A stretch of DNA of 63,587 nt, counting the filler, from Octopus bimaculoides (lineage: Eukaryota), in NCBI RefSeq assembly GCF_001194135.2. It is 6 parts of 5 records of this genome, joined end to end, with 100 filler letters (N's around TTAATTAATTAA, not from the genome) between each part and the next. Parts side by side here need not be neighbours in the genome. Positions count along the whole stretch, not along the records: positions 44,761 to 57,979 come from NC_068991.1; positions 58,080 to 63,587 come from NC_068988.1; 4 more parts are not named here. The stretch is one strand, 5' to 3'. Shown here one piece after another: positions 50,779-63,587 of the stretch (positions are counted from its first letter, which is position 1; the number at the start of each line of letters is the position of its first letter). The notes under the pieces are model-generated. The model did no database searches. It was not told where the DNA came from and was given only the letters and a program-made list of their open reading frames with translations. The translations under genes and the position numbers were made by a program.

Positions 50779-51882
50779 TGAATGAATGTCACGGTGAAGA
50801 AAGTGAAAGTCCAAGAAAATTCAGAAGGCATAATTCAATTTTCATTATTCACACTTCGTCACTCTCGTAATGCAACACTTTGTAATTTTGGTTCAAATTG
50901 AAAGTGTGAAACTATTTTCATTTTGTAATGGAACCTGGTTGTCGTAGAGAAGAGTATTTGAAGTAACTACAGCGGATTATTGAGATAACATAGAAAATAG
51001 GTAAATGAAAATAAAGTTTATTTGACATGTGTAATTGATTTGTTTGTTCTGGAAGGTGGCGAGCTAGCAGAATCGTTAGCATGCCGGGCAAAATACTTGA
51101 GTGGTATTTCGCCTGTTTAAATGCTGCCGGGGTCGAGTTTGCCTTTCATTCTTTTGGGGTCGATAAATTAAGTTCTAGTGAAACACTGAGGTTGATATAA
51201 TCAACTGGTTCCCTCCACCGAAATTTCAGGCCTTGTGTCTGTAGTAGAAAGGATTTGACTGTTCTGGTCTTAACATCAGTTGGTAAGAATAGAAGTCATT
51301 TGACGACCCCCTTTTGTTTGTAATTGGCTATCCTGTTGCAGGTTCAGTCCAAAGAATATTGAAATAATACCCATCTTATCCATTCTACAGAATAAGTTAA
51401 ACTGGAGAGCATCATATGAGAGATGAGTCTGTGAAACACTTTAAGGTTGTTATCTTGAACACGAATGAGAATATCATGATTTTCAATGGGATCACCAACC
51501 ATAAGGATGGCTACTCATTAAAACAGCGTAAAATGTTCTTTACTACAGTTTACTATAGACGTAATGAATGCATAAACACACACATACACACTCATAGAAT
51601 TGATTATATTGAAAACAGCAAAACGTACACACACGAACTTCAAGCGAAACGAAATGTAGTCAATATAGGTGCAAAACATACTTTCTGTAGCATAGTTATG
51701 CTATCAAAAAATGGAAAGTCACCAATTCAGCAAAAAGTTAGTATGCATCACCAATTTAAGAAAGTACATAAAGTCAACATTTATTTGGAACATGTACTAA
51801 ATGTTATAAAATTCACGATTGAATGAATGTCATGGTGAAGAAAGTGAAAGTCCAAGAAAATTCAGAAGGCATAATTCAATTT
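50779..51882. repeat. 63-bp direct repeat pair (50779-50841, 51820-51882)
   Basis: tgaatgaatgtca(c/t)ggtgaagaaagtgaaagtccaagaaaattcagaaggcataattcaattt: 62/63 identical. Confidence 0.9.
51055..51255 (+). mobile_element. SINE family B
   Basis: Family B consensus; further copies at ~4793-5010(+), ~13530-13740(+) and ~59060-59280(-). Confidence 0.8.
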
Positions 51883-53779
51883 CTCATACAAAAATGATTT
51901 ATTTTGCAATTTTGAAATGAATACTGAACCAAGTGTATAAAAAGGAAGATGCTGCTTTTGAACTGTGTAACATTTATAGGCTGTAGAATAAATACGGAGT
52001 AACGCAGTAAAAAAGTTGTGCGATGTTGATACGCAAAGTGATGAAGAAGACAAGGACTGTTAAAAAAACATTATCTTGAAACTGGTTAGAAGGAGTGGAA
52101 TAACATTTCTGTAATTATATTGAAAGAGCTGCTAAGGCTTTCTACTTCGCCAAGCTTCCAAATTTGTTATAATAACCAGAATAATATTTTTTTTTTTCAG
52201 ATATATTTGCAAGTATTGTGAGTGGTGTTAAATCAGCCAAATCTTCATGTTGGTAATACTTGAAAGTGAACATTGTTGTTTGTTTGAAGTCCAGGCCGCA
52301 AGTAAAGTTTCGATATCAGCACGTTTCACTGTTGGAGGGGGAGGGGGGAGTTACATACATAAAGTAAGACACACACACACACACACACACACATGTACAT
52401 TAACGCATATATGAAGCCCATCTCTATCCCTGTGTGTGTCTACCTCTGTCTTTAGATGTGTGTGTGTGTGTGTGTGTGTCAGTCGTCACAAAAATGTCTG
52501 TATATTGATAGACAAAAATACCATCACACACATACTTGTCAGTCATCGGCCTAATGTACGTAACGATCGATCGCGTGAACACATACAGAAAATGTGATGT
52601 CGTCGTCATAGAGGTGGTGGTGGTAAAAGAAGTCGTTTACAATTGGTAACTAAAAGAAAAATGATAATCTAAAATTTTTTTTAATGCAAATAAGTGAATG
52701 AAAATATAGTTTAATTGGTAGCCAAAAGCTTACTGAATTTTTGATACCCCATATGTCAAAAACGGCAACTCGGTTTTGGAATGCATGAGGAAAATACACA
52801 CACGCACACACACGCATACACACACACACACAAACTCACTTTTATATATATAAGATATAAAATCACTTTGGTGGTCAGTTCAAGCCACAAGATTTATTTG
52901 AAATGAAACTATAATTGCATTAAGTGATGCCAATCCATGCAGAGGTGGACAAGGATATATTTAAACTTGTATACAGGTTGTATACACCCATTAGATCATG
53001 TATTTAGTAATGAAAATGAAAAAAAATATTGGGAAGCAAAAAATAAGCTGTTCAAAGCAATGCTTTGAAATTTTTTTTTTACAACTGCTATATATCTCAG
53101 ATCTTTTTTGTTTCTGATCGCTTTAGTTTTGATTTTACTTATTTTAGTACTAATTGTATATATTTTCAGCCTCACTTGGCTTCTATTTTAAATCCTTTTG
53201 TCACTTCAATGCTCACAGCATTTCCAGCAATTTCAGTGTGTTCATTTTAATTATTGTTCTCTTAAGTCATTCATGAACAGAAACTTATAACTCCTGAAAC
53301 ATGTCTATTCATGATTTTCACATTGTCTGATTGTTACTACACTTTTCCTTCTCCCGTTTTGCGACTTTATAAATCTTGATTATTAACTTGTTTAATTAGG
53401 TTGCTGTCTCCTCTGGTGTCTGTCACTTCTTGCTTCTTCTATCAGCTGTTACTCGTTCATACGTTTTTTTTTTATTTAATTTATTTATAATAACTTAGAA
53501 CAAACTAAACATTTAATTATTTAATTTCTTATCTTCCTTTTCTTTTTGTAGTATAACGTTGATTATGATATTTTGTGGCAATTAATTTTGTTCTAATCAT
53601 ATCTTATCATTAGCTATTTTCATTTGCTTTTGAAACTTAGTTTTCATGATATGATAAGCTTTAAAAAAGCTGTTCAAGAGTTTGTCAAATGATATTTTCT
53701 TTGATAGGGCATAAGAAATAATGTGATTTATGAAGATTTTTACTCAACTATAAAGGCTATAAACAGTATAAATAGTATA

Positions 53780-54677
53780 AGAGATGGTATCAAAAAGTTC
53801 CCAGACTAGTTCTGTAGCACACCAACAGATGGCAGCTTACAGTTGTGTTCACAGTAAGAGCTAGCTGTCACCCTCATGAGGCAGTGTGCTGAGCAACATT
53901 GCTGTGTTTACTTCACGTGTTGTGAAATTTGTGTTTTTGTGATCACATATATGCTGTAGTCTGCAATTTTGTCATGGATAGGAATGAAGAGCCAACATGA
54001 AACTTTGTGTTAAACCTGGGAAGCCTGCTACAGACGTATTGAGCATGCTTTGGCAAGCTTACAGCGATGAGGCAATGGGTCATGCACAATGTTTCAAGTG
54101 ACATGGGTGCTTCAAAAGCAGAAGAACGTCCCTGGAAGATGATGAACAATCTGAAAGACCTGCCATGAGTGTCACCCGTGGAAATGTGGTATTGTGCACA
54201 AAAAATTCATCCCCAAGGCCAGACTATCAATTGAGAGTTCTACTGCGACGTTCTGAAGTGTTTGCGGGAGTGACCAGATGTGTAGTGTGCGAAGAATTGG
54301 ATTCTTCATGACGACAATGGACTCTGTCACTGAGCCCTCCTCACTCATGAGTTTCTCACCAAAAACAACATGATATCACTTTTACATCCATCCTATTCAC
54401 CAGCTTTAGCACCTGAAGACTTCCATCTCTTCTCCAAGATGAAAATGCAGCTCAGGGGTCACCATTTTAACACCATTGTCAAGATCCAGAGCAAATTGCA
54501 GAAGGTCCTCAACTTGCTTATGGAAAAAGACTTCCAGACTGGATTCCAAAAGTAATGCTGGGACTAGTGTATTGTTGTGCAAGGTGACTATTTCAAAGGA
54601 GATGATCTTAAAACTTAGGTAAACAAGTTATTTTTTATTAAACATAACTAGTCCTGGAACTTTTTGACACCACCTCG
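53780..54677 (+). mobile_element. Internally deleted mariner-type element (different family)
   Basis: TIRs AGAGATGGTATCAAAAAGTTCCCAGACTAG / revcomp CGAGGTGGTGTCAAAAAGTTCCAGGACTAG with TA flanks; N-terminal HTH remnant (KPGKPATDVLSMLWQAY...LEDDEQSERP) and C-terminal HPSYSPALAPEDFHLF. Confidence 0.88.
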
Positions 54678-56049
54678 TAAATGGTATAAAGGATGAGATT
54701 GGAAGAGGTTGGGTAAGCAAAGTTTACATTACTAAGAAGATATGAAATTCTGGAACTGTATGATAGACAACATACGATATACATCAGAATGCTTAGAGAT
54801 GGCTTTTTTGTTACAGTATACAGCTGAAAAAGTGGAATAAAAAAAAAACAAAAAAAACACAAAGGAAAAAATTATTAGCAAAAATATACATACTAAAAAT
54901 TTCCTTGACTCATATAGGACTTCTCTTTCATTCAACTATAAATACCGACAGTTAAGATATATACAATTACTTCCATTTTATTTCAATGTTCAAGTTGAAA
55001 AAGAGCCCCAAAGATAACTGCTTTAATTGCAAATTATTATTCTTTCAGGTTCTTTTCAGAAATATAGCAGTGTCTTGTCTGTTTGAATATTTGGTTTTAA
55101 TTTTTAAAATGTGTTTCAATCCTGCACTACATATAGATTTATTATCTTGTTAGATGTCTAAAAGGTTGTATGCAAGTTGCCAAATTTGGAATAATCAGAC
55201 AATATAGTTATTTAGTGGAAAATTTTCTGGCAAAAAGTGCAAGATATGATAATTTATATATCATTTATTATAATAGATGTCTAAATTAAATCACTCTAGC
55301 TGCAAAAGTAGAGACCTTTATTATTATCTGTGGAGAAAATGGGAAGATATCAGTAATAGTGTAGTCTTTCCTCTCTCCTTTAATCATATAGGTTAAATAT
55401 CAAATACTTTCAAATAATTTCTTATCTCCTTTGAATATATTGAATATATCTTGCACAATATCAAAGAAGACAAGAATTCATCTTCTATGTAATACAGCCT
55501 AAACATTTAATCAATATAGTTCAAATATTACATCTTAATGTATCTTACAGGATAACTTCAAAATCAAATAATTTTGTATTGGAATACTGAAAGACTAACA
55601 TTAAAACTATACCATATTGTTCACTGACTCAGCTTGAGATAATATCATAAGCAAGTACAAGATTCTTTGAAAATATTTCATTTTGAATGATTTTCAATTG
55701 AGGTTAGACTTTATAGTCGAGGCCTTACCAAGAAAACTCATTATCCATGGATATTTGAGAATTTACAAGGACAAGTTCATCAAGATATTTTTGTTACAGA
55801 TCAGTATGGCAAATTACCTTGGTTGTAGTCTCAGGCATAGGTGTGTGGTTAGAAAGTCTGCTTCTCAATCGTGTGGTTTGGGGTTTACTTCCACAATGTG
55901 GAGCCTTGGAAAGCATTTTCTACCATAGCCTTGGGCCAACCAAAGCTTTGTTAATTTGGTACATTGAGGCTAAAAGAAGCCTGTCATATATATGTATGTA
56001 TGAGTGTGCATGTGTATGTGTGTATGTGTTTGTGAGCTTGTGCGTGTGT

Positions 56050-56091
<42 letters not shown>

Positions 56092-57599
56092 ATGTGTGCA
56101 CATACATGTACCTGCTTCTCTTGACATGATACTGTTGTAAATGAGTATCAGCATCATTCAAGCAGTGTCATTTGTTTCCAATCTTCTGTGAAAACATGTC
56201 TGGCCATGTGGAAAAATTACCTCACTTGGAGACAGCAGAGTACAGACAACAGAAAGGACACCCAGTTGTAGGAAATCTACCTCAACAATTCCACCTGACC
56301 CATACAAGCATGGAAAAATGGATACTAAAAGATGATGATGGTTTTTTTTTTCCTTTTTTTTTTGTACCCCTTGGAAATAGTAATAATGGGTTTTTCTTTC
56401 AACTGTTAAGACAGCAATCAAATCACATTATCTTTCACCTTAGTATTGTTCATGTTGTTCCTGCAATCAGTTCACATACAATTATTTATTTCTCTGGTCA
56501 TTCAAATTCTTTTTATGAAAATTGTGCTAGGCTAGCATGCTTATCATTAGTTTACATATTGTAAAGAATCTCTAAACGGCCATCTCTAATGACACTTGGT
56601 AAAGCTCCTATAAATAACTTGTAGGTAATTAACATGATTGACAATTATAGAGGCAACAAATCTGAACAGATTGAAAAGAAAAAAGGAAGATACAAAAGCT
56701 TATGTATTTCTTTGATAATATCAGCAAATATCTTCTTTGTTGATATGGCTTATCCTTTGCAAGTATACACCCAACATTTCAACCACTACCACCACCTCTA
56801 CCATCACTGCTGCTTCACCCTTTGCCTCACCTGATGTCATCCTGTAACTATAAATTACTTAACCAATAAGCAGGGATGAGTAGCAGCTGTTGCCTTCAAA
56901 CTAAGTTCACTTAACTCATTTCTGATATGACCATCACTAAAGTGACAAATAATCAGTTAAATCAACAAAGAAGCCTCTACATGGGAACACAATCTGCTAG
57001 AAACAGCAACCAAAACTGTCTCAAGTCATACCATACTGTCTTTAACAAAATGTAGAACACATTGGAAGATGTAGTTTAGGATACATTGCTTGAATAATAA
57101 ACAGAACAGTTACGGCTGAATCATACTACATATAATTACCCTCTACATGTCAGAAAAGGAAGTGTGGTCAACAACTAGATGTATGTATAGTATATCTGGA
57201 GCAATTGATCTATGGATATCACATAAAATGTTTGGCAAACACCCCACATGCTATAGTTTTGATCAGAGTTGATGTATTCTACACAGTAACAAGTGAATGA
57301 CTTGTGAATAACTATTAACAAAATAGTTAGCATAGCACTATCTCAGGTAGAATTCTTTGTGGCAGCATAAAAGAGAAATACTAACGTGTTTCATTCGGAG
57401 ACAAAGCTTATTACAATAAATTGAAAGATGGGGTTATCAGCTGGTAGGTCATGTTGTGCACCACTTTCACTTGGTTCCATTGTAGTTTTATATATCAACA
57501 TGTATCCCTTCATTTACATAACGTTCTTTGAATCACTGTATGTATATATGAATATATATTACACACACACACACACACATATATATATGCAATATATTT

Positions 57600-57965
57600 G
57601 TGGCACTCCGTTGGTTACGACAACGAGGGTTCCAGTTGATCTGATCAACAGAACATTCTGCTCATGAAATTAATGTGCAAGTGGCAGAGCACTCCACAGA
57701 TACGTGTACCCTTAACATAGCTTTCAGAGAGATTCAGCAAGACTGGCCCTTTGAAATACAGGTACAACAGAAACAGGAAGAAAGAATGAGAGACAGTTGT
57801 GGTGAAAGAGTACAGCAGGGTTCACCACCAACCCCTACCAGAGCCTCGTAGAGCTTTAGGTGTTTTTGCTCAATAAACACTCACAACACCGAGTCTGGGA
57901 ATTGAAACCGTGATCCTACAACCGTGAGTCCACTGCCCTAAGCACTGGACCAATGCACCTCCACA
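57600..57965 (-). mobile_element. SINE family C
   Basis: Homologous to 2465-2750, with a tRNA-like head remnant at the right end. Confidence 0.7.
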
Positions 57966-58116
57966 TGCAAAATATATATNNNNNNNNNNNNNNNNNNNNN
58001 NNNNNNNNNNNNNNNNNNNNNNNTTAATTAATTAANNNNNNNNNNNNNNNNNNNNNNNNNNNNNNNNNNNNNNNNNNNNAGGAATAATAATAATAATAAT
58101 GATAATGATGATGATG

Positions 58117-58220
<104 letters not shown>

Positions 58221-59294
58221 AAGAAGAATGATGATGATGATCATCATCATGTTGATAAATAAATAAATGAAAACTAAGCGAAAAAGAGAAAAAGAAAAGA
58301 AAAGACTGTACGAGAAACTAGATTTTGATTTGGGAGAAAAAGAATGAGAAGGAAAAAACGAAATAGAAGAAGAAAAGAAAGGAAGGAGATGAATAAAGAA
58401 AGGGACCGAAGTTTGTATGAACATCACAGTGATAAAAGAAGGGTGAGTGTCGGGTTCTTTTGGTGCAACCTGTATTTGATATAAGTTGAAAAAGTCTGCC
58501 ATTGTGACGAAGACACCTCTCGCCTGACTCGTCTGAAAGAACGCTTTACATTATCAATGTCCGTCATATTTTGACAGTTCTCAATCCAGCATGTTGCTTG
58601 GCAGACTGCTGGCTAATCTTACACACGTTTAGTAAGGAATTTCTTTGTTGTTTGTTAACAACATTTGACAATAAATAATTAACTGAATAAATAAATAAAT
58701 AAATAAATGAAGATAAAATACAATAAAAAGCAAGGCAAGAGAAAATGAAGAGAGAAAGAGAGAGGAAGAGGGATTCTTTTTTTTGTTGTTGAGTTGAGGT
58801 GAATAGGGGTACCGTATGTTTGTGTGTAGGATTCGTTGGTTATCCAGGATTGGTTTATCACGTGAACACAGTTGGTGAAGGTGAATAATAACAATTGGGT
58901 TGCCGCTGGGTGTATATATTGTATATGTTTGTCTTTTTGCTGTCTTATTCAGTGAAATATAACAAAAAAAAGAAAAAAGAAAAGAAAGAATACAATTAAG
59001 TCAGATGATGATGATGATAACAACAACAACAACAACAACAACAATAAAAATAATAATAATAATCCCTTCTACTAAAGGCACAAGGTCTGAAATTTTGTGG
59101 GAGAGGCCTAGTCGATTACATCGACCCCAGTGGTTTTACCGGTACTTAATTCATCGACCTCGAAAGAATGAGAGACAAAGTCGACCTGGGACGAATTTGA
59201 ACTCAGAACGTAGCGACAGGCAAAATACTGCTGAGCATTTTGTCCAGCGTGTTAACAATTCTGCCCGTTCGCTGCCTTAACAACAACAACAATA

Positions 59295-60665
59295 ATGTTT
59301 TCTCTATTAACCATAAAGGGTTCACAAAACACTGGGGGGGGGGTGCATGACAATACAATGTGGGGTTATATAAAAGGCGTGTAAAAAGTAAAACAATAAC
59401 AATATAAAATTATAACAATGAAAAATCCCCCAAAAGCGAGAAACTTTCTAGGGCTGCTCATGAAGACCCTCACAAAAACCACTTTCGCCCTGACCACTAG
59501 GGTAAGTGTCCTTTCCACATCAGCGTCCTTTAATTTACAGGCACGTGCTTAGACTAAGCCTGTTCACTCAGACCATTCTTGCAGCATTCGCCCACCTTTT
59601 AAATAAGAATGCTAAGAGGGAGCACTTCCCTCCCTACTCTCATTTTCCTTTTCAAGCAAAACTTGAAAAAAATTAACGACGGCCAATGTCTTCAGCTCTT
59701 TCCACCTGGTCCACCACACAACCTCTTTCACTAAGGCCAGTCGACAAAAAACCACTGCTTGCCCTTCTTAGCCAAAGGAAGGCGGCGGGACGATCTTCAC
59801 AATGGATTCAGTCGATAGCCAGTTCCGCCCTACACGTGACAACAGGTGTTCAACATAAACCCACAACTTAGAAATACACCGGCACTGGACGAGGGCGTGC
59901 AGAACAGTTTCGCCGCTCTGCGCGCACCTCGGCCGCGACTCGAAAGTCCTCTGGAACAGACAAGTCAGCTCATTCACGTCGACACCCAGAGTTTCCCCAC
60001 GAATGCCGTCGCACTTGCCCGTCACTAACCCTCTATACAATGCCAGAGTGGAACACCTACCGACCGCATTGCCCGATCAATAGAGGGCTATGAGCGCCTC
60101 ACGATACGCTATGTATCAGGGGCCCTGCCTCAGTCTAGGTTTGATCCAGGACTGCAGTTCAAAGAGACGAGCTGTGAAATATCCTGTTTGACAATCGGCG
60201 ACCACACCTGCTCACCGTCAAGGAGGCACTGGAGATGTCGCAGCCTCAGCATGTCTGCGCATTAGCAGCCACGACATGCCCAGCCCTTCATTCAGCCCTT
60301 CATTCAGCGAGTGTCGACAGCAAAGCGGAAGTGTATGCGCTCCAATGTGGACAATCGTAAACTAGGGTAAGACACAAAGGTCAGACGGAGGCGATGTAAG
60401 CATTCGCCATCTCTGCTCGACCTTTCAGGGAAAGCTTTCTCTCCGCCCATTTCTGAGTGAGATCGGCTACACTGCTCGTCACTTCGTCCCAATTCTTCTC
60501 TACTTGGAGAACCTCACCAAACCTTGTCTGGATCCTTTCTCAGCAGTGCCACCATTCCTCGATTCACAGAACTAGGAATTCTCCCGTTCTGCAGCCAGTT
60601 GCGGTAGATACCTGCCAAAAAGGCAGCCAAACGAGTCTGGCATATAAAAGCAAAGCGCGTTAATA
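59295..60665 (-). mobile_element. Truncated, internally deleted L1/Tx1-like LINE
   Basis: RT N-terminal motif LAGIYRNWLQNGRIPSSVNRGMVALLRKDP and C-terminal zinc-knuckle-like CAQSGETVLHALVQC..LW. Confidence 0.75.
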
Positions 60666-61374
60666 AGCGAATAAATATATTATCAAACAGATAAAAGAAC
60701 AAATTCAAGAAAACCGTAAGATTTCTGTCGTAAGAATCAAGTCGCTTAATGGTGGAAAGGCAAACACTTGAGGGTGAGCTAAACAGAGGAAAATAAAATG
60801 AAAGAACCGCCATTTTAATTTTTTTAGTATTTTCGAGCGCAAGATTACAATAAGTTTGTACAATGCTATCTGAGAAATGATTTATGAAAGGCGATTGGTA
60901 GGAGGAGGAATGGGCAGAATAGCATGAACAAACAGTTGTACAGAAGACGGAAAGAGAATTAGAGAGGGAAAGAGAGAGAGAGAGGGAGGGAGAGAGAAGG
61001 TGAGAGATGGATAAAATATATTAGTTGAAGGCAAAGAAATATTTGACAAATGAATGTAATGAAGGAAATGAATAAAGGTTTATAAATACGCAAACACGCG
61101 CTCACACACATATACATGCATATATATAATATATGTGTGTGTGTATGTCTGTGTGTGTGTCTGTGTGTGTACATTCATACAGGCATACAGAGAGTGTGAG
61201 GGAGAGAGAGAGATGGGGTAGGGTGATAATGAGAAGCTGTGTGATAAAGCTGACAGATATCAGACAGCAAATAGTAAGAGGGGGAGCGGGAAAGGAAATA
61301 GAAATTAACATATGTCAAAGAAAGGTAAGAAGAGAGAGAGAGAAAGAGAGAAAGAGAGGTGGAAGGAGGGAAGG

Positions 61375-61465
<91 letters not shown>

Positions 61466-61774
61466 TGACAGAAAGATTGGTAGTGAGTGAGAGAGAGGTG
61501 GCGGGTAAGGGTTACAAGACAGGAAAAATATAAACGGAATATGGACGAAAACTTAACTGAATGTGTGTGACGTGTGTGTGTGTGAGGTGTGTATATGAGT
61601 ATGCGTGAGTGGGAGAGAGAAAGAGAGAACGAGAGAACGAGAGGTGGGGAGAGAGCGAGTAAGAGAGAGAGAAAAAGAAAAAAACAAAGGGAATTATAAA
61701 GATAAACAGAAATGATAGATTAAAAATGAGAGCAAAAGCTGAGCTTGAAGAGATCAGTAATAAACAGATAAACA

Positions 61775-61935
61775 TGAGTGGCTGTGTGGTAAGTAGCTTG
61801 CTTCCCAACCACATGGTTCCGGGTTCAGTCCCACGGCAAGGCACCTTGGGTAAGTGTCTTCTGCTATAGGCTCGGGCCGACCAAAGCCTTGTGAGTGGAT
61901 TGGGTAGACGGAAACTGAAAGAAGCCCGTCGTATA
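61775..61935 (+). mobile_element. SINE family A head
   Basis: Head sequence only; similar heads at ~7306-7443(-), ~28275-28445(-) and ~55830-55990(+). Confidence 0.8.
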
Positions 61936-62131
61936 TATAAACATATATAGAACTTACTTGGAAACGGATGAGTAGCGTTCGACCATATAATAATATAAAT
62001 AATATAGGTATATGCATATATACATACATACATGTACATACATTTAATGTAATGCTCGCATTACTTAAATAAATGGAGTGGCATGAAACGTGCGTACTGC
62101 AATAACCTTGAAAATCCATGTTGCTTTTTTG

Positions 62132-62170
<39 letters not shown>

Positions 62171-62226
62171 CACGAATGAGTGGACAAACGAAAGAAGGGC
62201 ACTCAACCACTTTATTGGGACTTACA

Positions 62227-62388
62227 TGTATGGATCAAAACAGTATGATTCAAATTCGTTGGTACTCTTGAGTTTCAAGCGCGATGTTAGTCGTCAGCCA
62301 TTTTGAATTCAAAACAGCTGACGACGAGCATCACGCTTGAAACTCAAGAGTACCAACGAATTTGAATCAAACTGTTTTGATGCATACA
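62227..62388. repeat. 162-bp loopless palindrome
   Basis: 81-bp arms, 7 mismatches, centred on GAA/TTC. Confidence 0.92.
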
Positions 62389-63327
62389 CACACACATACA
62401 CACACACACACGCGCGCGCATATATATATGTATGTATAAGGAGGCGCGTTTATTTGTCTGTGTGTCTTGCATAGGTGGGTGGATATTTTTGTGTTTGTTT
62501 CTTGACAACCGGTGTTTTGTTTTCACATCGTCATCTAGCAGTTCGGCAACAAAAGTTCGATTGAGAATAAGCTAACAAACTTAAGATAAATGTTGTAAGG
62601 AATTCGTGTAACGAAATCCTTCAAAGAAATATCCTAGCATGGCTGGCAAGAATGAAAGAATATACACAGAGCGAGATCTGAAATTAATATAAAATGTAAG
62701 CAACTGGTCAAGTTTCTTTTATTGCACTGGAAAGCACCACCTTCTCCGGTTTATGTATGCAGTTTTACAGACTTTGATCTTCTCCCCGTTGAATTAATTT
62801 ACACGAACCATTTGTCGCGTTCCGATTCGAATGTGACAAAGGCAGGCAACTCCTAATTTTCTTGCATTCTATTTTTATTTTATTCGTTCCACTTTTCACT
62901 TTTACCTTCTTTTCGGGCTTTCTGGGTTTTTTTTTTGTTTCTTTTTTAATCTCAAAGACCAATGTCCTTCCTGTTTTTTTTTCTTTTTACCTTTGTCTTA
63001 AACAACAGACATGCTGTATATTTGAGTTTGAAAGATTGCTGGGAAATACACAGTGTTGTACCAGCTTATCCGACCATCGTGCTTTTACGGCATGACACTA
63101 ATAGTAACTCGAATTTAAATCCTGTGCATATTAAATACTGTCTGTGTGTGTGAATACATATGTATATGCGTGTGTATTACAAATGGAAAAAGCTGGTTTG
63201 TATCCCATGTACATGTATATATGTAGGTATGTATAAAAGAACGTTGTAGATGTGCATATATATATATATGTATATATGTGTATATATATATATACGCATA
63301 CATATACATAATACACACACACACACA

Positions 63328-63371
<44 letters not shown>

Positions 63372-63587
63372 CAGTCATATTTATATCCATACATATTTAC
63401 AAAGAGAGGGAAAGAAAGAAAGAGAGCGAGGGAGAGTACAATATATTAATAAGCTATAGTTGAACAAATAAAACATTTCTGAGTAAAAATTTTAATGTAA
63501 AACGTAAACACATCAAACTAACATTTATTGAAAACGGATAATTTATGTAGTTTCACGACTCATAAATTATAAGAGTTAATACATTGG

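Noticed and set aside
51416-52053. ORFs 51416-51826 and 51862-52053 as piggyBac transposase
   Set aside because: No DDD catalytic motifs or cysteine-rich domain could be read convincingly.
57390-57500. Possible first exon MEPSESGAQHDLPADNPIFQFI (minus)
   Set aside because: Short, weak donor, no link to other exons.
58440-58600. Possible first exon MTDIDNVKRSFRRVRREVSSSQW... (minus)
   Set aside because: No convincing donor and no recognisable homology.

Overview
AT-rich, microsatellite- and SINE-dense animal genomic DNA. The repeat families are consistent with a coleoid cephalopod such as Octopus (inferred). Five N-gaps contain a TTAATTAATTAA scaffolding linker. The main coding content is on the minus strand: five canonical exons (27396 to 21355) encode only the C-terminal ~254 aa of GMP synthase (GMPS), with substitutions in two near-invariant motifs. 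Directly upstream, across one linker gap, are three phase-compatible exons of an unidentified protein (34458 to 28515) that could splice in frame into the GMPS part. This is either a chimeric GMPS-derived gene or a scaffolding artefact. One isolated plus-strand PPR exon resembling LRPPRC lies at 49076-49301. Mobile elements include a full-length decayed D,D34D mariner, a deleted second mariner, MITEs, Penelope-like, Tx1-like and RTE-like LINE remnants, and many tRNA-derived SINEs. Notable non-coding structures are a tRNA-headed SINE carrying a minimal hammerhead ribozyme motif, two degenerate hammerheads downstream of Penelope remnants, a tRNA-Thr-like core enclosed in 69-bp inverted arms, and several long hairpins. 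All calls were made by eye; no searches were run, and repeat boundaries are approximate.
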